A stretch of DNA of 64,000 nt from Callorhinchus milii (lineage: Eukaryota). This document shows positions 35,577 to 48,410 of this stretch, in pieces; position 1 is the stretch's first letter; each line of letters starts with the position of its first letter. The notes beneath the pieces are model-generated. The model saw nothing but the letters and a program-made list of their open reading frames with translations, searched no databases and was not told the DNA's origin. Position numbers and translations under genes: made by a program. The stretch is from NCBI RefSeq assembly GCF_018977255.1, contig NW_024704742.1, positions 121,584,001 to 121,648,000 of the forward strand. Reading direction: 5' to 3'.

Positions 35577-38500
35577 GTAGGTTTCTGGATGAGAGCTAAC
35601 TTTCTTCAGTTGAACGTCAACAAGACTGAGGCCCTCCGGATTGGCTCCCGTTAACGCCTTCACACTGACAGCATCACCATCCAAGGATGCACACTCCACC
35701 TTACTAAGCCAGTTCGGAATCTTGACATCTTGTTTGACCCACAACCATCCTTTCTACCCCACATCTGTGCCATGACCTTCCCCCACCTCCGCAACATTGT
35801 CCGGCTCCACGATTGTCTCACACTGCAGGCCACCAAACCTCTTATCCACACATTCATAACATCGAAGCTCAACTATTCAAACTCCCCAACTCCTCCCTCC
35901 ATAGGCTGCAGATCATCCAGAACTCTGCAGCACGTGTCCTCTCCCGCACCAGGCTTCATCACCCACATCCTCTCCCACCTCCACTGGCTTCCCTTCACAC
36001 AGAGGATACAGTTCAGGATTCTGGTCCTCACCTTCAAAGCCCTCCATGGCCTTGCTCCCCCCCACCTCTGCGACCTCCTAACCCCCTAACAACCTCCCCG
36101 CTCCCTCCACTCAGCGAGCTCCGGTCTACTTCACGTCCACTGCCTCACCCGCTCCATCATTGGCAAGCGGGCCTTCAGCCACTCTGCCCCCCCACCTCTG
36201 GAACTCCATTCCGCAGTCCCTCCGCCTCGCCCCCTCCCTCCTTCCCCTCCCCCTGACCTCCACCCTCCCCAATCCTGACCCCCAGCTTGGGTCGGAAACA
36301 TTGACTGTCCAGCACCTTGGGACGTCCTCCCGACATGAAAGGTGCTATACAATGTAATTTTGTTTTTTGGGGGAGAGATGGTTACATTTTATGGGTACTT
36401 TTGCCTTGAACTGATTATTTGCATATAATTGGTGCCCATTTACAATAAGGTGCTTGTGTCCATAAAACCAAGCTCTGCATTGTATTGAGGTGTGACTACT
36501 GTTGACTTCGGTATAGGAAGTTAATGTCTTTTCCTGCAAGCTGTGAAGCCAGCCAATGAGTCCACTGGTACTGCCAGCTTTCTGGTATGTATGTGCGTGG
36601 ATAACCGGGTCAACTGAATGTTGTTGTCCTTGACTAACTTTTTATTAGTTTCAAATTCCACTTAGGGTTGAAAGTAATCTGACTGGTAGATTATTGATCT
36701 GATCTGGTAATTGGCACGCTATTGATACAATGTGATATATATAATGCCCTTATTGTTAGCACTGAACCTACTCTCCCCAGCTCCCTATTCAAAAGATCCA
36801 GCTCATTCAGAACTCTGCTGCTTGCATACTGACGCGGACCAAACTCCGAACCCACATCTCCACTGGCCGAACGGATCAACTTCAAGATCCTCACACTTGA
36901 GTTCAAATCCATTCACTCTCTGGCACCTCCCTACTTCTCCGATCTCCTCACTCCCCAATCCACCATCCAGCAGCTCCGCTTGAATGGCACTGACCTCCTG
37001 TTTGTCCCTCGCACCCTCTACCTCACCATCGGAGGTCACGCTTTCAGCCACTATGCCCCAAAATTCTGGAACACTCTCCCTTAATCCCTCTGCCTTGCCC
37101 CTTCGCTCCCCTTTTTCAAGTCCCGCCTAAAAATCTTCCTCTTCGACCGTGCTTACGGCCACCTCTACCACTTCTCCCTCCACTCCTGGCTCAGAGTCAG
37201 GCTCCACCACTGTTAAGTGCTCTGAGATGCTGTCCTGCGTGGAGGGCGCTATATAAGTGCATGTTGTTGGTATCTCCTGGAATAATGTATTTGGTACAAT
37301 AATTATATGCAACTCTTGGGTGGTGTCACGAAGAACAATGTTCAAACAAAACTGTACAATGCTTTTCTCTCCTGGAGGTCATGATTTGAGCTATGGGCCA
37401 ACGAGTCCTGAAAGCTGTCTAACGCTAAGTAACCATTCTTTATGTGTGACAGAGGATTAATGTCAGAGCAATGTTTGACCATCTTTGGTGTTTTCCTGAT
37501 AGACATTTACACAAACAAACTTTGTGCCAGTGGTTACTGGATAAGGATCAGTATTTTATTGTTCATTACTACCTTTCTGCTTCCCTAAAATTTTTAACTG
37601 GCATTTTCACTGTGGTTATCTATTCTACACAACCAAGATGCCCAACTTGAACCTTTCTAGTCTGTGTAATTCTGTACTACACCAAGGGCTTTGGGACATT
37701 CTTATACAAGTGTAAATTGTACCATGCAGTGCCTTTCCACACCCAGCTTTTAGAGACCTTGGTTTTGATATCATGTGAGTTTTAATGTGGCAGAGTTCAA
37801 ATTATAAACTCAAATTGAAATGGGCTCTGCATGAAAATTTATTATTATTAATAAACAATAATAATAAAACTTGCAGTTGATTTAGAGCCTTTTACCTCAT
37901 GAGACTGAGGAGTTTTAGCAATATGTGTTTGTAGGTGTATGATATTCTTGTCTGATGGGCTCTTTCATTTTCTCCTAGACCCCAGAGTTGAAGATTGGCC
38001 ATTAATGTCTTCTCCACTCCCTCAAACTATTATCATTGGAGCCTATATCTATTTTGTAACTTCTTTTGGGCCAAAGTTTATGGAAAACAGGAAGCCATTT
38101 AACTTGAAGCAGATCATGATTGTGTACAACTTTTCCTTGGTGCTGTTTTCAATATACATGTGCTATGAAGTAAGTATTTTACAAAGGTTTACAAAGAACA
38201 TATAGCACGGAAACAGGCCACTCAGCCCAACCAGTCTGTGTCAGTGTTTATATTCCAAATAAGTCTTCACCCACTCCTTACTCCCACCCTTACCCTCCAG
38301 GAGTCCTGTAGCTCAGTGGTTAGAGCACTCACCTTGCAAGCGAGAGACCTGGGTTCAATTCCAGGCATGGCGAAACCTTGGGCAAGTTTCCTTACTCCAC
38401 ACGCCTAATAATAATCCCTCCAAAACAAAACAATAATAAATTGGTCATTTTCAGTCCATGTCTGTTTGTGGGACACTGCTGTGCGTAATTGGCTGCTGCG

Positions 38501-41500
38501 TTTTCACCCACAAATATACAGTCAATTCGCTCTGCAGCATACTCTGTGAAGCACTTTGAGACATCGAGAAGACGTGAAAAGCGCTAAATCAAATGCAAGG
38601 ATTATTATTATTCTGCTCTCCCTCATGTGAAGGTCTAGCTTCCTTTTGAATGCATCTGTACTATCTGATTCAACCACCACTTCAGGCAGTGAGTTCCACA
38701 ATTTTACTAGCCTCTGTGTGAAGTAGTTCCTCCTAAATTCTCTTTAGATCCCCTAGTCGCTATCTTATATTTGTGTCCCCTGGTAACAGGCTCCCCAACT
38801 AGTGGAAACAGACTATTTATGTGAACATTATTGCATTCTTTTATAATTTCTATTGGGTCCCCCTTAAATGTCTCTTCAGTGAAAAAAAAGGACTACTTTG
38901 TGACTTGTGGCATTGTAGCATTACATCTACTGTACTATCCCTCACCTCATTTAAATCTACCTCCTTGACCAAGTATTCAGTCCACTTTCCCCTCCCTCCC
39001 CCACCCCCTTACGGTTCCCAACCCCAGCTTGAGTTTCGAACCAGGATTGTTTTGTGCCTTGGGACATCCTCCTGATGTGAAAGGTGCTATATAATGTATT
39101 GGACTTTTTCCCCAAAGACACAACAAAAACCCTTATAAATGTAGCATTAGGTACGTGACTAAGTGAATATGCCAAAGCTGTAAGTTGGATGAACTGAAAT
39201 TGGACAGTTTAAACTGGCTCTTCAAGGTTGGAATTGGCACTGGTGAGTGAAATGATCCATACCGCATCTTTTCAAATAGTGCCATGAGATCTTTAACGTT
39301 CATCTGAACAGGAAGATAGGACTTCAGTGTCTCATCTGAAAGAGGACTTCTAATAGTGTACCCTCCCCTAGCACTGCACTGGCGTGTCAGCATAGTGAGC
39401 TCAAAATCCAGACCTGGACTGTGAATCCACAATCTTCTGATTCAGCGGCGAGAGTGACTAACTTGATTAGGTTGACAACATGTTGCACATCGACTGATGT
39501 TTTTGGGGAGGGCAGAGTGATGAAAAGAGATGCACTTCTCAATTAGTGGCACTCACACCTGGTGGTCAAACGTTCATGGGTTGAAACTCCACATCCAAGC
39601 TAGAGCTCATAATTTGGACTGACACTCCAGTGTAGTGATGGGAGGAGTGTTGTATTGCTCGATCCAGGACGTAGTGAATCATTTACAATTTACAGACAAC
39701 ATTAGAATTTCAGTCTTGTGTAGTTTGCTGGTGTCTGTCAAACTGCATGAGGAGGCTAAATTGGTCTGTCCTTTCCAGGGTTAGGGAGGGGAAAAAACAG
39801 TTGGGGTTCTAGCTCCTCATCACTCTACACCGCTACTGGTGAGTGGCAGTCTGGGTTTTCAGTTCCGTCTAGAGGACAATTAGCGCCCACTAGAACTGTA
39901 CCATAGCAAGAGGAGGCCAGACCTGAGGCAGATGGGAATATACCAGGAGGGAGAGCATTTTTTTGTGTGGGGGGAAAAAATGGTAAATACACCAAATTTT
40001 AATAAAAACTTGCATCCAGCCATTTCTAAATCCATGATTGAACATTGAACTTGTGGGATACTATCACCATTCAACCATTGTGGATGCTGGAGCAGCCAAT
40101 TACCTCCAAGAAAATCATTGTAGGATTTTTTTATTAGAAAAAATCTTTTGAATAGAATCGTTTAAATGTGTTTTTGTTTAATGTCATTTTGAAAAATGCC
40201 AAACAATGTTGGGAATCTGTTGGTTGTTTTGCTTTGGCTAAAATCCAAACGAAAGGCTCCACTGTTCCCTGCTGGCTGGTGGACAATTTGCGTTTGCGAA
40301 CAAGCATTGAGTAAAATAAAATCTCAACTAGATGATGGCATTTATATTAACTCGTGACCAGAACTGGCTTGTAAAATTTTGTCACTCCATCTGTTTAACT
40401 AGATAGCTTAAAAAAAAGTTCTAAGTACGTTGAATAAAGTCACCTGATAAGTTAAGTGGATAGGAATTTATTTTGTGCTAGTGAATCTCTGCATGCGATG
40501 ATATTCCTGCCGTAGAATCCAGTGATTTGTGATTCTCCTCTAATTGCTTGGTGACCCAAGTGGACTGAAAAGTGCTCTTTACAAGCACCGCAGCCAACTT
40601 AAAGCAGCTATAAGTCACTGCGGTACAAAAGAATCTTGTTCCACCTGTGAAACGTGCCCAAGTATGTTAAACTTGGCAACCAGTCTGGAATTTCAAGCTC
40701 TCCTCAGACTGGCATAACCTGAATTAATGAGCTCATATAATGTTGCTATCACTTTGAGTGGGCTCAATTCCTTTATTGGTTAAATTTCTTTTCGAACTAA
40801 GGATCTTAGTTGGGCCACCATTTTGATTTGCTGTTGGTGAGAATATCTGTGTTGCTCAGCTACGGAGGGCTCCAAATACTTTTTCCTTTAAATATCAACA
40901 ATGGTGCTTTGCCACCCAAACTCAAGTGAACATACATGCTTCATATGCAAGTGTGTCAGCCCGGCTCAGTGGTAGCACTCTCACCTCTGAGTTGGAATGT
41001 TATGGGTTCAAATCCCATGTTGGGACTTGGAATCATAGTCTAAGCTGGCACTCTAATGCAATACTGGGGATTTGCTGCATTTTTGGAAGTGACATCCTTC
41101 AGACGAGACATTAATCTGAGATTCCATCTGCCGGTTCAAGTGGACTTTAAAGATCCCATGGCACTATTCAAAAAGAGAAGGGAATTTTTACCTGTGTCCT
41201 GGCCAACAAATCCCCCCAAATAAAATTAGTCATTCACTCCATGGTTATTTGTGGGACATTGCTGTGTGCAAATTGGCTACTGTGTTCGCCCACAAAATAG
41301 TCATTCCACTTTACAGCATAATAATAATAATCCTTGCATTTGATATAGTGCTTTTCATTTCTAGATGTCTCAATGCGCTTCACAGAATATACTGTAATAT
41401 GAATTGACTGTATATTTGTGGGTGAAATGCGGCAGCCAAATTGCACGCAGCAATGTCCCACAAACAGTTGTGGATTGAAGTGACCAATTTATTATTGTTT

Positions 41501-44500
41501 TTTTATATCCTGCGAAGTGTTTTAAGACCTGGTGTGTAGTTTAGCAAGTGTATTTTACACACCTTATTGACATGTACTTGCTCTTGAAATCTGCAGTTTC
41601 TCATGTCTGGATGGGCCACAGGATACTCGTTCCACTGTGACATTGTGGATTATTCCAGTTCTCCACAAGCCCTCAGGGTATGTAAATATTTAACTGTTTT
41701 TATTGCAGTTATACACTTTTTTACACTTTACAAGACTAGTTGCTTTTGGCGATAAACTCTTACTGCAAAGTGGCTAGTTTTCTGGTTCCAAATCTACTAA
41801 GACCCAACTTGGAGTCATTCTCCCATTGTCTCCGCACACAGAATCTGATTCCACAATGAAACGTTGCTGAGTTGGAGTGCGTGGACATCTTGAAGTCATT
41901 ATGATGACCTCGAGAGCAAGTATGAACATTAAAAAAAGCACAAACCATTAGAATGCTTGTTTTGTCATCTGCACTTACCAAATAAAAATAGCAGAAGTAT
42001 GCGTGTGTTAGGAGGGTGGAGGGGAGGGAGGAAGATTTTTTGGGGTGTGCCTCCAGCCTAGGCTAGTTATTTAGGCAGCAGACCTTATTGGTCTATGATA
42101 GTTGGGTAGCAGAGTTCACCAGTTTACTGAACTTCATCAAAATATTTGTCCAATGATGTCAATACATACACAGAATGTTTTTGCCGCAAGCAATCTCTGG
42201 AGACGATGGTAAAAATGCTCAAAAACTGTCATGCTACAATTGAAGTTCCCGCAGCTTCAATATTGTTGTAGCATGAGTAATGGGAGGGAGAAGCCCTATG
42301 GTGATCAGACACATTCGATAACACATGGATATGTGCAATTCACACTGGTCCCAATGATATCTTGAAGGGTGTAACCGCTCATTCCAATGTTTTTTTNCTG
42401 GGAAAGCTCCGTACAGGCCAATTGCAGCAAAATATCTCATTGGAACAGAACTCCTGGCACTAGGGTTTTTTTTGCCTACAGAGACATTGCTGCCATTGGA
42501 GATAATGGCTGAAGGAGCTTCATTTGGTGGTTCAGCAACCTCAGTTCTGTTGCTGGTGTAATTGCAATGTTGATCTGTTGATTTATGATTGATTTGCCAC
42601 TGTGGTTTTCTTTGTTCCTGTTAGAAATCCCATGAAGAGAAGTCTCTCATATATATTAAGACTATTAGAATGCAAATAGAATTTTTAAAATTAAGTTTCA
42701 TCTTCAACAAGGGTTTCAAGTTCCACTCACTTTTGTGGGGAGGAAGAATTTGCAGATTATTGCCACTATGTACACAATCTGATTCTCCATTGCTGTTAAA
42801 ACTTGGACTTTTAGTGATTTCCTTTGGAAAAAGGTTTGTGCTTTCTTGTACTGATGTATATTTTTGGCCCTTAGATGGCATGGACCTGCTGGCTTTTTTA
42901 CATGTCAAAGTTCATCGAATTGTTGGACACTGTAAGTATAAATAAAGAGAAAAGGAAGATGTTTTTTGGGTGAGAAGGCGGGAGCCTTCAGAATTCTGTT
43001 TGACCTGTTACAGTTTGCTGTGGACGTTGATTGAAATCTTCAATAACTTGATTTATAAAAGTCAAAATTAAAACACATTAGGACAGTTTTAAACTTCTCT
43101 ATATAAGTGGTCAACAGACAATTTTTTTTATCAGTAGAATTTCCAAGTAACTTGCAAAATGCTCTTTACTTAACAAAATAATTAAAAGTGCAACGCAATT
43201 TATGTTTATATAGCACCTTGCACATTGTGAAATGGCTGGGAAACCAAGGGAAAGTGGTGTTAACTACTGACTAAAGTAACCACTGGCTAAGGTAATTACT
43301 GATAGCAATGAATTGAGTTTTGACAAAAGTCCCATTGATCTTTCTCTGTTAGGTCCTGCCAACTACCAGCATTTTAAATTCCAACTTTTTTTTTCCTTTT
43401 TTAAAAAAAAACTCAAAACTAAATGTTCTCTCCATCTTTTTCACAGATCTTCTTTGTGCTTCGAAAAAAGAACAGCCAAGTGACATTCCTTCACGTATAT
43501 CACCATTCTATCATGCCTTTCACATGGTGGTTTGGTGTCAAATTTGCTCCAGGTAGATTACTGGGCTTAATGTGAGAAAATGGGTGGGGAAGTTGCTAAA
43601 CGTAGAAGTGAAATGCTTAGAAGTGAAAACTTGTTAACTGCCAAATAACCCATGCTACATTTACCACTATTTCCTGGGGACAAACTGCGGTAAGGAAATA
43701 GTTTGTGTGCTATAGTAATTGAACTTTTGCAGTAACTAGCTTTCAGCCATTGGGTGGTGCAAGCATGTTTTGTGGGATATAGTACTTTAGTTACAAAATG
43801 CACAAAAGTGCCCTCTAGTGGCACAGGAACCAAATACAATTGAAAGAAATCTACTGCGTTAGTCAACATTCTGCTTTTATTTCAGTAACACAACAGACTT
43901 GTTAAACATTTCGAAACATAGCAACTTCCCCTTTCCCTTATAATTGTGACATTTGATAAGGTGCTATATCAAATGCAAGGATTATTATACACTGCAACAA
44001 TTAGTCAATACAATAGAAATATGCAAGGCCAAGTTGATGATATCAATTACTGTACAGAGAGCTGGGTCATAGGTATACACTGAGCAAATTATATTCAATA
44101 CTTAATCCTTGATGTTGCTCATTATGTCATTGAGATGTCTCAAAGGCTTCAGCTTCTCTGCCCCCACTCTTGGAACTCCATCCCACAGTCCCTTTGCCTT
44201 GCTCCCTCCCTTGTCTCTTTCAAATCACATCTCAAGACCCTCTTCTTTGATCGCGCATTTGACTACCTTCCTACCCCTGCCCTCCATTTCCCCCCCTCCT
44301 CCCCCACCCCGATTCCAACCCCCTGCTCAGGTCCAAATCCCTGACTATCCAGCACTTTGGGATGTTCTCTTGACGTGAAAAGCGCTATACAAATGTAATT
44401 TGTTGTTGTTGGTACCCTGCATGACGAGAAACAATTTTTAGTTAGCAAACTGTGCCTAGATATTACAATTCTTGTCCAGTAACATAATTATGATTGTATT

Positions 44501-46950
44501 AAGTATTTGCACTGCAAGTTCAAGTTTAGAGTTCCTTAAGTTCTAGACGGTTCTGCATTTGTAACATATGTTCAACTTGATTGCTTGGCACATGTGGGGT
44601 TTAAACTTTTTTTTTCCAAAAACAATAATAAATTGGTCATTTTCAATCTATGACTGTTTGTGGGACATTGCTGTGTGCAATTGGCTGCCGCGTTCGCCCA
44701 CAAATATACAGTCAATTCACTTTACAGTGTGTTCTGTGAAGCGCTTTGGGACGTCCTCCCGACGTGAAAAGCGCTATATCAAATGCAAGGATTATTATTA
44801 TTATTATTTGTATGTTCTATTAATATTTGAGTAACCCAAAAAGCTTAATTTTTTTCCATCCTTTCTCTATCCCCCCACAGGTGGTCTTGGAACCTTTCAT
44901 GCTCTTGTAAATTGTGTTGTACATGTCATCATGTATGCTTACTATGGCCTTTCTGCAATGGGACCAGTTTACCAGAAGTATCTGTGGTGGAAAAAGTACA
45001 TGACTACAATTCAGCTAGTGAGTATTACTGACATTTTATTTCATGTGAGTTTGAAAAAATGTTCCCCCATTGTGGGTTTAAGGATTGCAATAATAATAAT
45101 CTTTGTATTTTGATCTAGCGCCTTATCACGTCTTTGAGACGTCTCAACGCACTTCTCAGAATACACTGTAAAGTGAATTGACTGTATTTTGTGGTCGAGA
45201 TGCGGCAGCCAATTGCACATATCAGTGTCCCACAAACAGTCATGGATTGAGTGACCAAATTTTTTAAAAAAGAAATGTCCACAACAGGGGAACCCGTTAT
45301 AAACTACAACTTGCAATTTCCATAGCACCTTTGTGTAAAAGAATTCACAAAATACGTTACTATATTGGATTAATCAAAAAAGGTTTGCAATGTAGGCAAG
45401 GGAGGCAGCTAATTTTCATCAGTTGACAAACTGAGGTAAGTAGTCAATTAACTTGAAAATGGGTGAATCTGCACGAGTGAATGTAGGCTGGATTAATTGA
45501 TTAAGAAAATAATTTCTTTGAAAAGCCGACATGCAGTTCCCTTTTGGTGCACTTGAATCACAATGGAAGCTGGACCTAAACTTAATGACTTTGAAGCATG
45601 CCTAAAGAAAATCAACTGATTGGCAAAGAGATCCAGAAGAACCCTGCTGTTTTAGATCATAAACCCAAACATTGATTTAACAGGGGCCACAAAACCAGAA
45701 TAGTTGAGAATGACGCTTCTTACTGTGTATACACACTGAGTTTCCATGTTTAAAAATGGCCAATGTCTGATTGCTGCTAACTTATGTAACTTATTTGTTT
45801 GGCAATGTCTGAAAATGTGCGGCTTTTTCTGCATGGAGAGTGCACAGCAAGTGGTGGTGACAACATGGACGTGACTATTTTTAGCTTGTGTGAAGCTGGA
45901 CAATTTGCATACTGAAACCAAACATGATCCACAATGCACCTGCATTATCATGGGGTTCTACTATATAATGTAGGATTATTTTACTTTGGGCAGCTCTGAT
46001 GAACTGCGATGCTCCTGTCTGGTCTTGTGAATTTCCATGTGCCCCAATGTGTGTTGAGGAATGATGAGGCCAATTGTAGTTCTCCATCACTGCTCAAGCG
46101 GAGATCAGCTCAGTATAGAGGTTAAATTTGGGGTCTCTGTGGTATCCCATGAAGTACATTTACCCATTGACTTGAGGCACATCCATATTTGGAGGTGAAT
46201 GCAGTGATATGATTATATATATATATATATATATATGTATAGTACTTTTCTACAACTCAAAACCAAGATATTAAAGCTACAGCACACTTGATTTGCTGTA
46301 TGAAGCTGATTGCCTATTTGAGTAATGTATGGAACCCAGAGTAACTTTTTCTCCTCCAGAGGCTTCATTGAATGGTTGTTGGTGCTGGCTTAAATTTTAT
46401 AATGTGGTCTGTTGGCATTGTAAATTGCCTCTTGTAGAGCTCCAGTACCCAGTGTTTGTGTAATCTTCAGCAGCCTTCTGTGTCATTGATCATTGCTCTA
46501 TTCAGCACATTCTAAGTGGTGCTCTTATACCAGGTGACTATGTGCAAGTGAGAGAATATAGCTCTTAAATCCTGAGTTAATGAATTGACGTGATTTGTAG
46601 GTTCTTTCTAACTTGCTCTATCCATCTTCAGTTTTTCCTCAATATTTAGTTGGTAATAATTTCTGACTGTTCTAACACGATTTCTTAATATGTATTGTGT
46701 TTAGATTCTAAAATTATAACCAATTTAAACTTTTTTTTACTTCCAGATCCAGTTTGTGACTATTACTGTTCATATAGGGCAGTTCTTCTTCATGAAAAAC
46801 TGCCAGTACCAATACCCAGTCTTCCTCTACATCATCTGGCTGTATGGAGTTGTGTTCATGATTTTGTTCCTCAACTTCTGGTACCATGCTTACACAAAGG
46901 GTCAGAGGTTGCCAAAAGACATGACGAAGAAACAGAAGAAAGAGCATTAA
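35513..46950 (+). CDS. ELOVL7: ELOVL7 very-long-chain fatty acid elongase, complete CDS (7 exons, 840 nt, 279 aa)
   Basis: Exons 35513-35576, 37979-38169, 41597-41677, 42875-42931, 43447-43552, 44881-45017 and 46747-46950 are all GT/AG and in phase. Protein [38 protein letters not shown]...[16 protein letters not shown]...LHVYHH...HVIMYAYY...TTIQLIQF...KGQRLPK...KKEH*. It shows the ELO-family KxxExxDT and HxxHH motifs and a KKxx ER-retrieval signal, and lies between ERCC8 and DEPDC1B. Confidence 0.97.
35585..36365 (+). mobile_element. L2 LINE 3' fragment starting immediately after the ELOVL7 first coding donor
   Basis: ctggatgagagctaactttcttcagttgaacgtcaacaagactgagg, LHWLPF and the L2 tail. 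Confidence 0.9.
36740..37270 (+). mobile_element. L2 LINE 3' fragment (older)
   Basis: cagaactctgctg, ttcaagatcctc, gctttcagccac, ggcgctatataagtgc. Confidence 0.8.
37979..38169 (+). CDS. ELOVL7: ELOVL7 coding exon 2
   Basis: ctcctag acceptor, GAA|gtaagt donor, 191 nt; [12 protein letters not shown]...YMCYE. Confidence 0.96.
38190..38890 (-). mobile_element. Old CR1 3' fragment interrupted by the SINE at 38300-38612
   Basis: aacaggccactcagccc tail and ggcagtgagttccaca motif, homologous to the other CR1 3' ends. Confidence 0.7.
38300..38612 (+). mobile_element. tRNA-derived SINE, short form
   Basis: Same family; the tail loop variant reads gagacatcgagaagacgtg. Confidence 0.92.
41597..41677 (+). 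CDS. ELOVL7: ELOVL7 coding exon 3 ([27 protein letters not shown])
   Basis: ctgcag acceptor, AGG|gtatgt donor, 81 nt. Confidence 0.95.
42875..42931 (+). CDS. ELOVL7: ELOVL7 coding exon 4 ([19 protein letters not shown])
   Basis: cccttag acceptor, ACT|gtaagt donor, 57 nt. Confidence 0.95.
43447..43552 (+). CDS. ELOVL7: ELOVL7 coding exon 5 with the HxxHH histidine box
   Basis: tcacag acceptor, G|gtagat donor; [35 protein letters not shown]. Confidence 0.96.
44616..44808 (+). mobile_element. SINE 3' half (other tail-only copies near 8255-8410, 52040-52172, 52675-52792, 59185-59320 on +; 19578-19756, 41318-41500, 45089-45275 on -)
   Basis: ctgtttgtgggacattgctgtg...aaatgcaaggattattatt. Confidence 0.9.
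44881..45017 (+). CDS. ELOVL7: ELOVL7 coding exon 6
   Basis: cccacag acceptor, CTA|gtgagt donor, 137 nt; [21 protein letters not shown]...TTIQL. Confidence 0.96.
46214..46236. repeat. (TA)n microsatellite; also (TG)n near 20259, 22126 and 24578, (AG)n at 20632-20654, and poly-C near 11810-11835
   Basis: Read directly from the sequence. Confidence 0.9.
46747..46950 (+). CDS. ELOVL7: ELOVL7 terminal coding exon
   Basis: ttccag acceptor; [15 protein letters not shown]...[24 protein letters not shown]. Confidence 0.96.
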   Translation: MQFVTITVHIGQFFFMKNCQYQYPVFLYIIWLYGVVFMILFLNFWYHAYTKGQRLPKDMTKKQKKEH

Positions 46951-47514
46951 AAATTCTACCACCAGAATATAATTCTAACACTGGAATGTAATTGACTGGT
47001 ACTTCAAGCTCTAGATAATTTTGAGGAACATGTACATTGTGGAGTACACATTTTTAAATTGGATAATATGTATTTGTGATGAATGTAATGTTTGTGATAA
47101 TTTTGTTGTTACCAAAGCATGCTACCATGTAGCTGCTAAACTTGTCAAAGTAAAGCTCTTTAGAAAGTGGCACAATCCTCACAATCTCGATACTTTGCCT
47201 GAGCTCTAAACCATGCCTATTGTTTCACCTGCTGCATTGTGGAGAAGTCCATCTTAAAACATTGCATTACTCAATCCCTTCCTGTTCTAAACTGGATTTA
47301 AAGTAGGATGGCACACAAGACTCCACTTCTTGCTGTGCACCTTGAACATGGGTAATGTTCAGCAATTGTAGTGATGTTGCTGGTTCCAACGTATTAATGT
47401 AAATAAGGCAACTTTCAAGAGGGTTTTCCTTCATATAGTCAAGAGGCTTATCTTGTATTTATTATGATTTACATTAACCACATTGTAACTAATCTAACAC
47501 TTAATTTTCATTTA

Positions 47515-48049
47515 CATTGGAATTCGCTTTAGTCAGACACATCAGGGCAGGAAGTTTTGTCTGATCTACCCAGCGTCGGGTAACCAAAGTTCTTACCTTT
47601 CTCTTTTTCCGCTCAGCAAATCGTCTCCTCTGCTGAGCTCCTCTTCCCTCCCATTGCAGTTCTCATCGTTCTGGATGTGGACCGATTAGTAGCAGCTCCA
47701 AGAGGTGTCAATCAGAGCCGCTGCTAATTGGTCCCCTTCACTTCTAACGGATGCAGTCACTGTCCCCCCCAGACCCGCTTGCGAATGTTTGGAGTCTGCT
47801 GTCAATCTCAATGTGACTCCTCCCATCTCTATTCCAGAGCTGCTTGTGGTTAAATGGAGCCACTTGCGGCACAGAAGCCACTTGCGGCACAGTGAGTACA
47901 TTCAGCAGTGATCAGTGCGGCATTTTGCACGGATTAACTGGATTTTTGTCCAAATTAATAGACGTATTTAAAATGGGTAAGAAACAAACGAATCAGGGCC
48001 AGTCGTTTCATTCGATTTACCTGATGTCCGACTAAAGCGGATTCCACTG
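47515..48049. mobile_element. Non-autonomous Tc1/mariner-pogo (Tigger-like) MITE, 535 bp
   Basis: TA|cattggaattcgctttagtcagaca ... tgtccgactaaagcggattccactg|TA: 25-bp terminal inverted repeats with 3 mismatches, TA on both flanks. Confidence 0.85.
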
Positions 48050-48410
48050 TATTTTTATGAACTATCGTTGGCTCTTTTTCATTGATACCAAACCTATTTA
48101 ACAGTAGATCATCAATAGAATTTTTTTCTCTGTTGCCATTTCAACACAGATAAAAGGGCCTGAGTTCCTTTATTTTTAGTTGTGTGACTGAGTAGTGAAA
48201 TTAGCTTTTTATGCTCAACACTCAAATGCCCTATTTATAGATTTATTCAGCTGCAGCCTATATCAAGGAAAACAGACACTGAGGGGAGAAAAAATAGTGG
48301 CTGAATAGAGAAGGCTAAACACTAGCATCAGTGTTAAGATTGTATAATTTTGAACAATGTTTTCGGCTGAGACACGGTATGATAAAAAGACGTGATTTCT
48401 TTTAATTTTA

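Noticed and set aside
40585..40628. Small hairpin accgcag..acttaaagc-a-gctataagt..ctgcggt
   Set aside because: Too short for a pre-miRNA call and has no other support; possibly the centre of a decayed palindromic element.
43230..43751. aatggctg...cagccatt inverted ends flanking ELOVL7 exon 5
   Set aside because: Only 8 bp match exactly, with weak extension; consistent with chance or unrelated decayed fragments.
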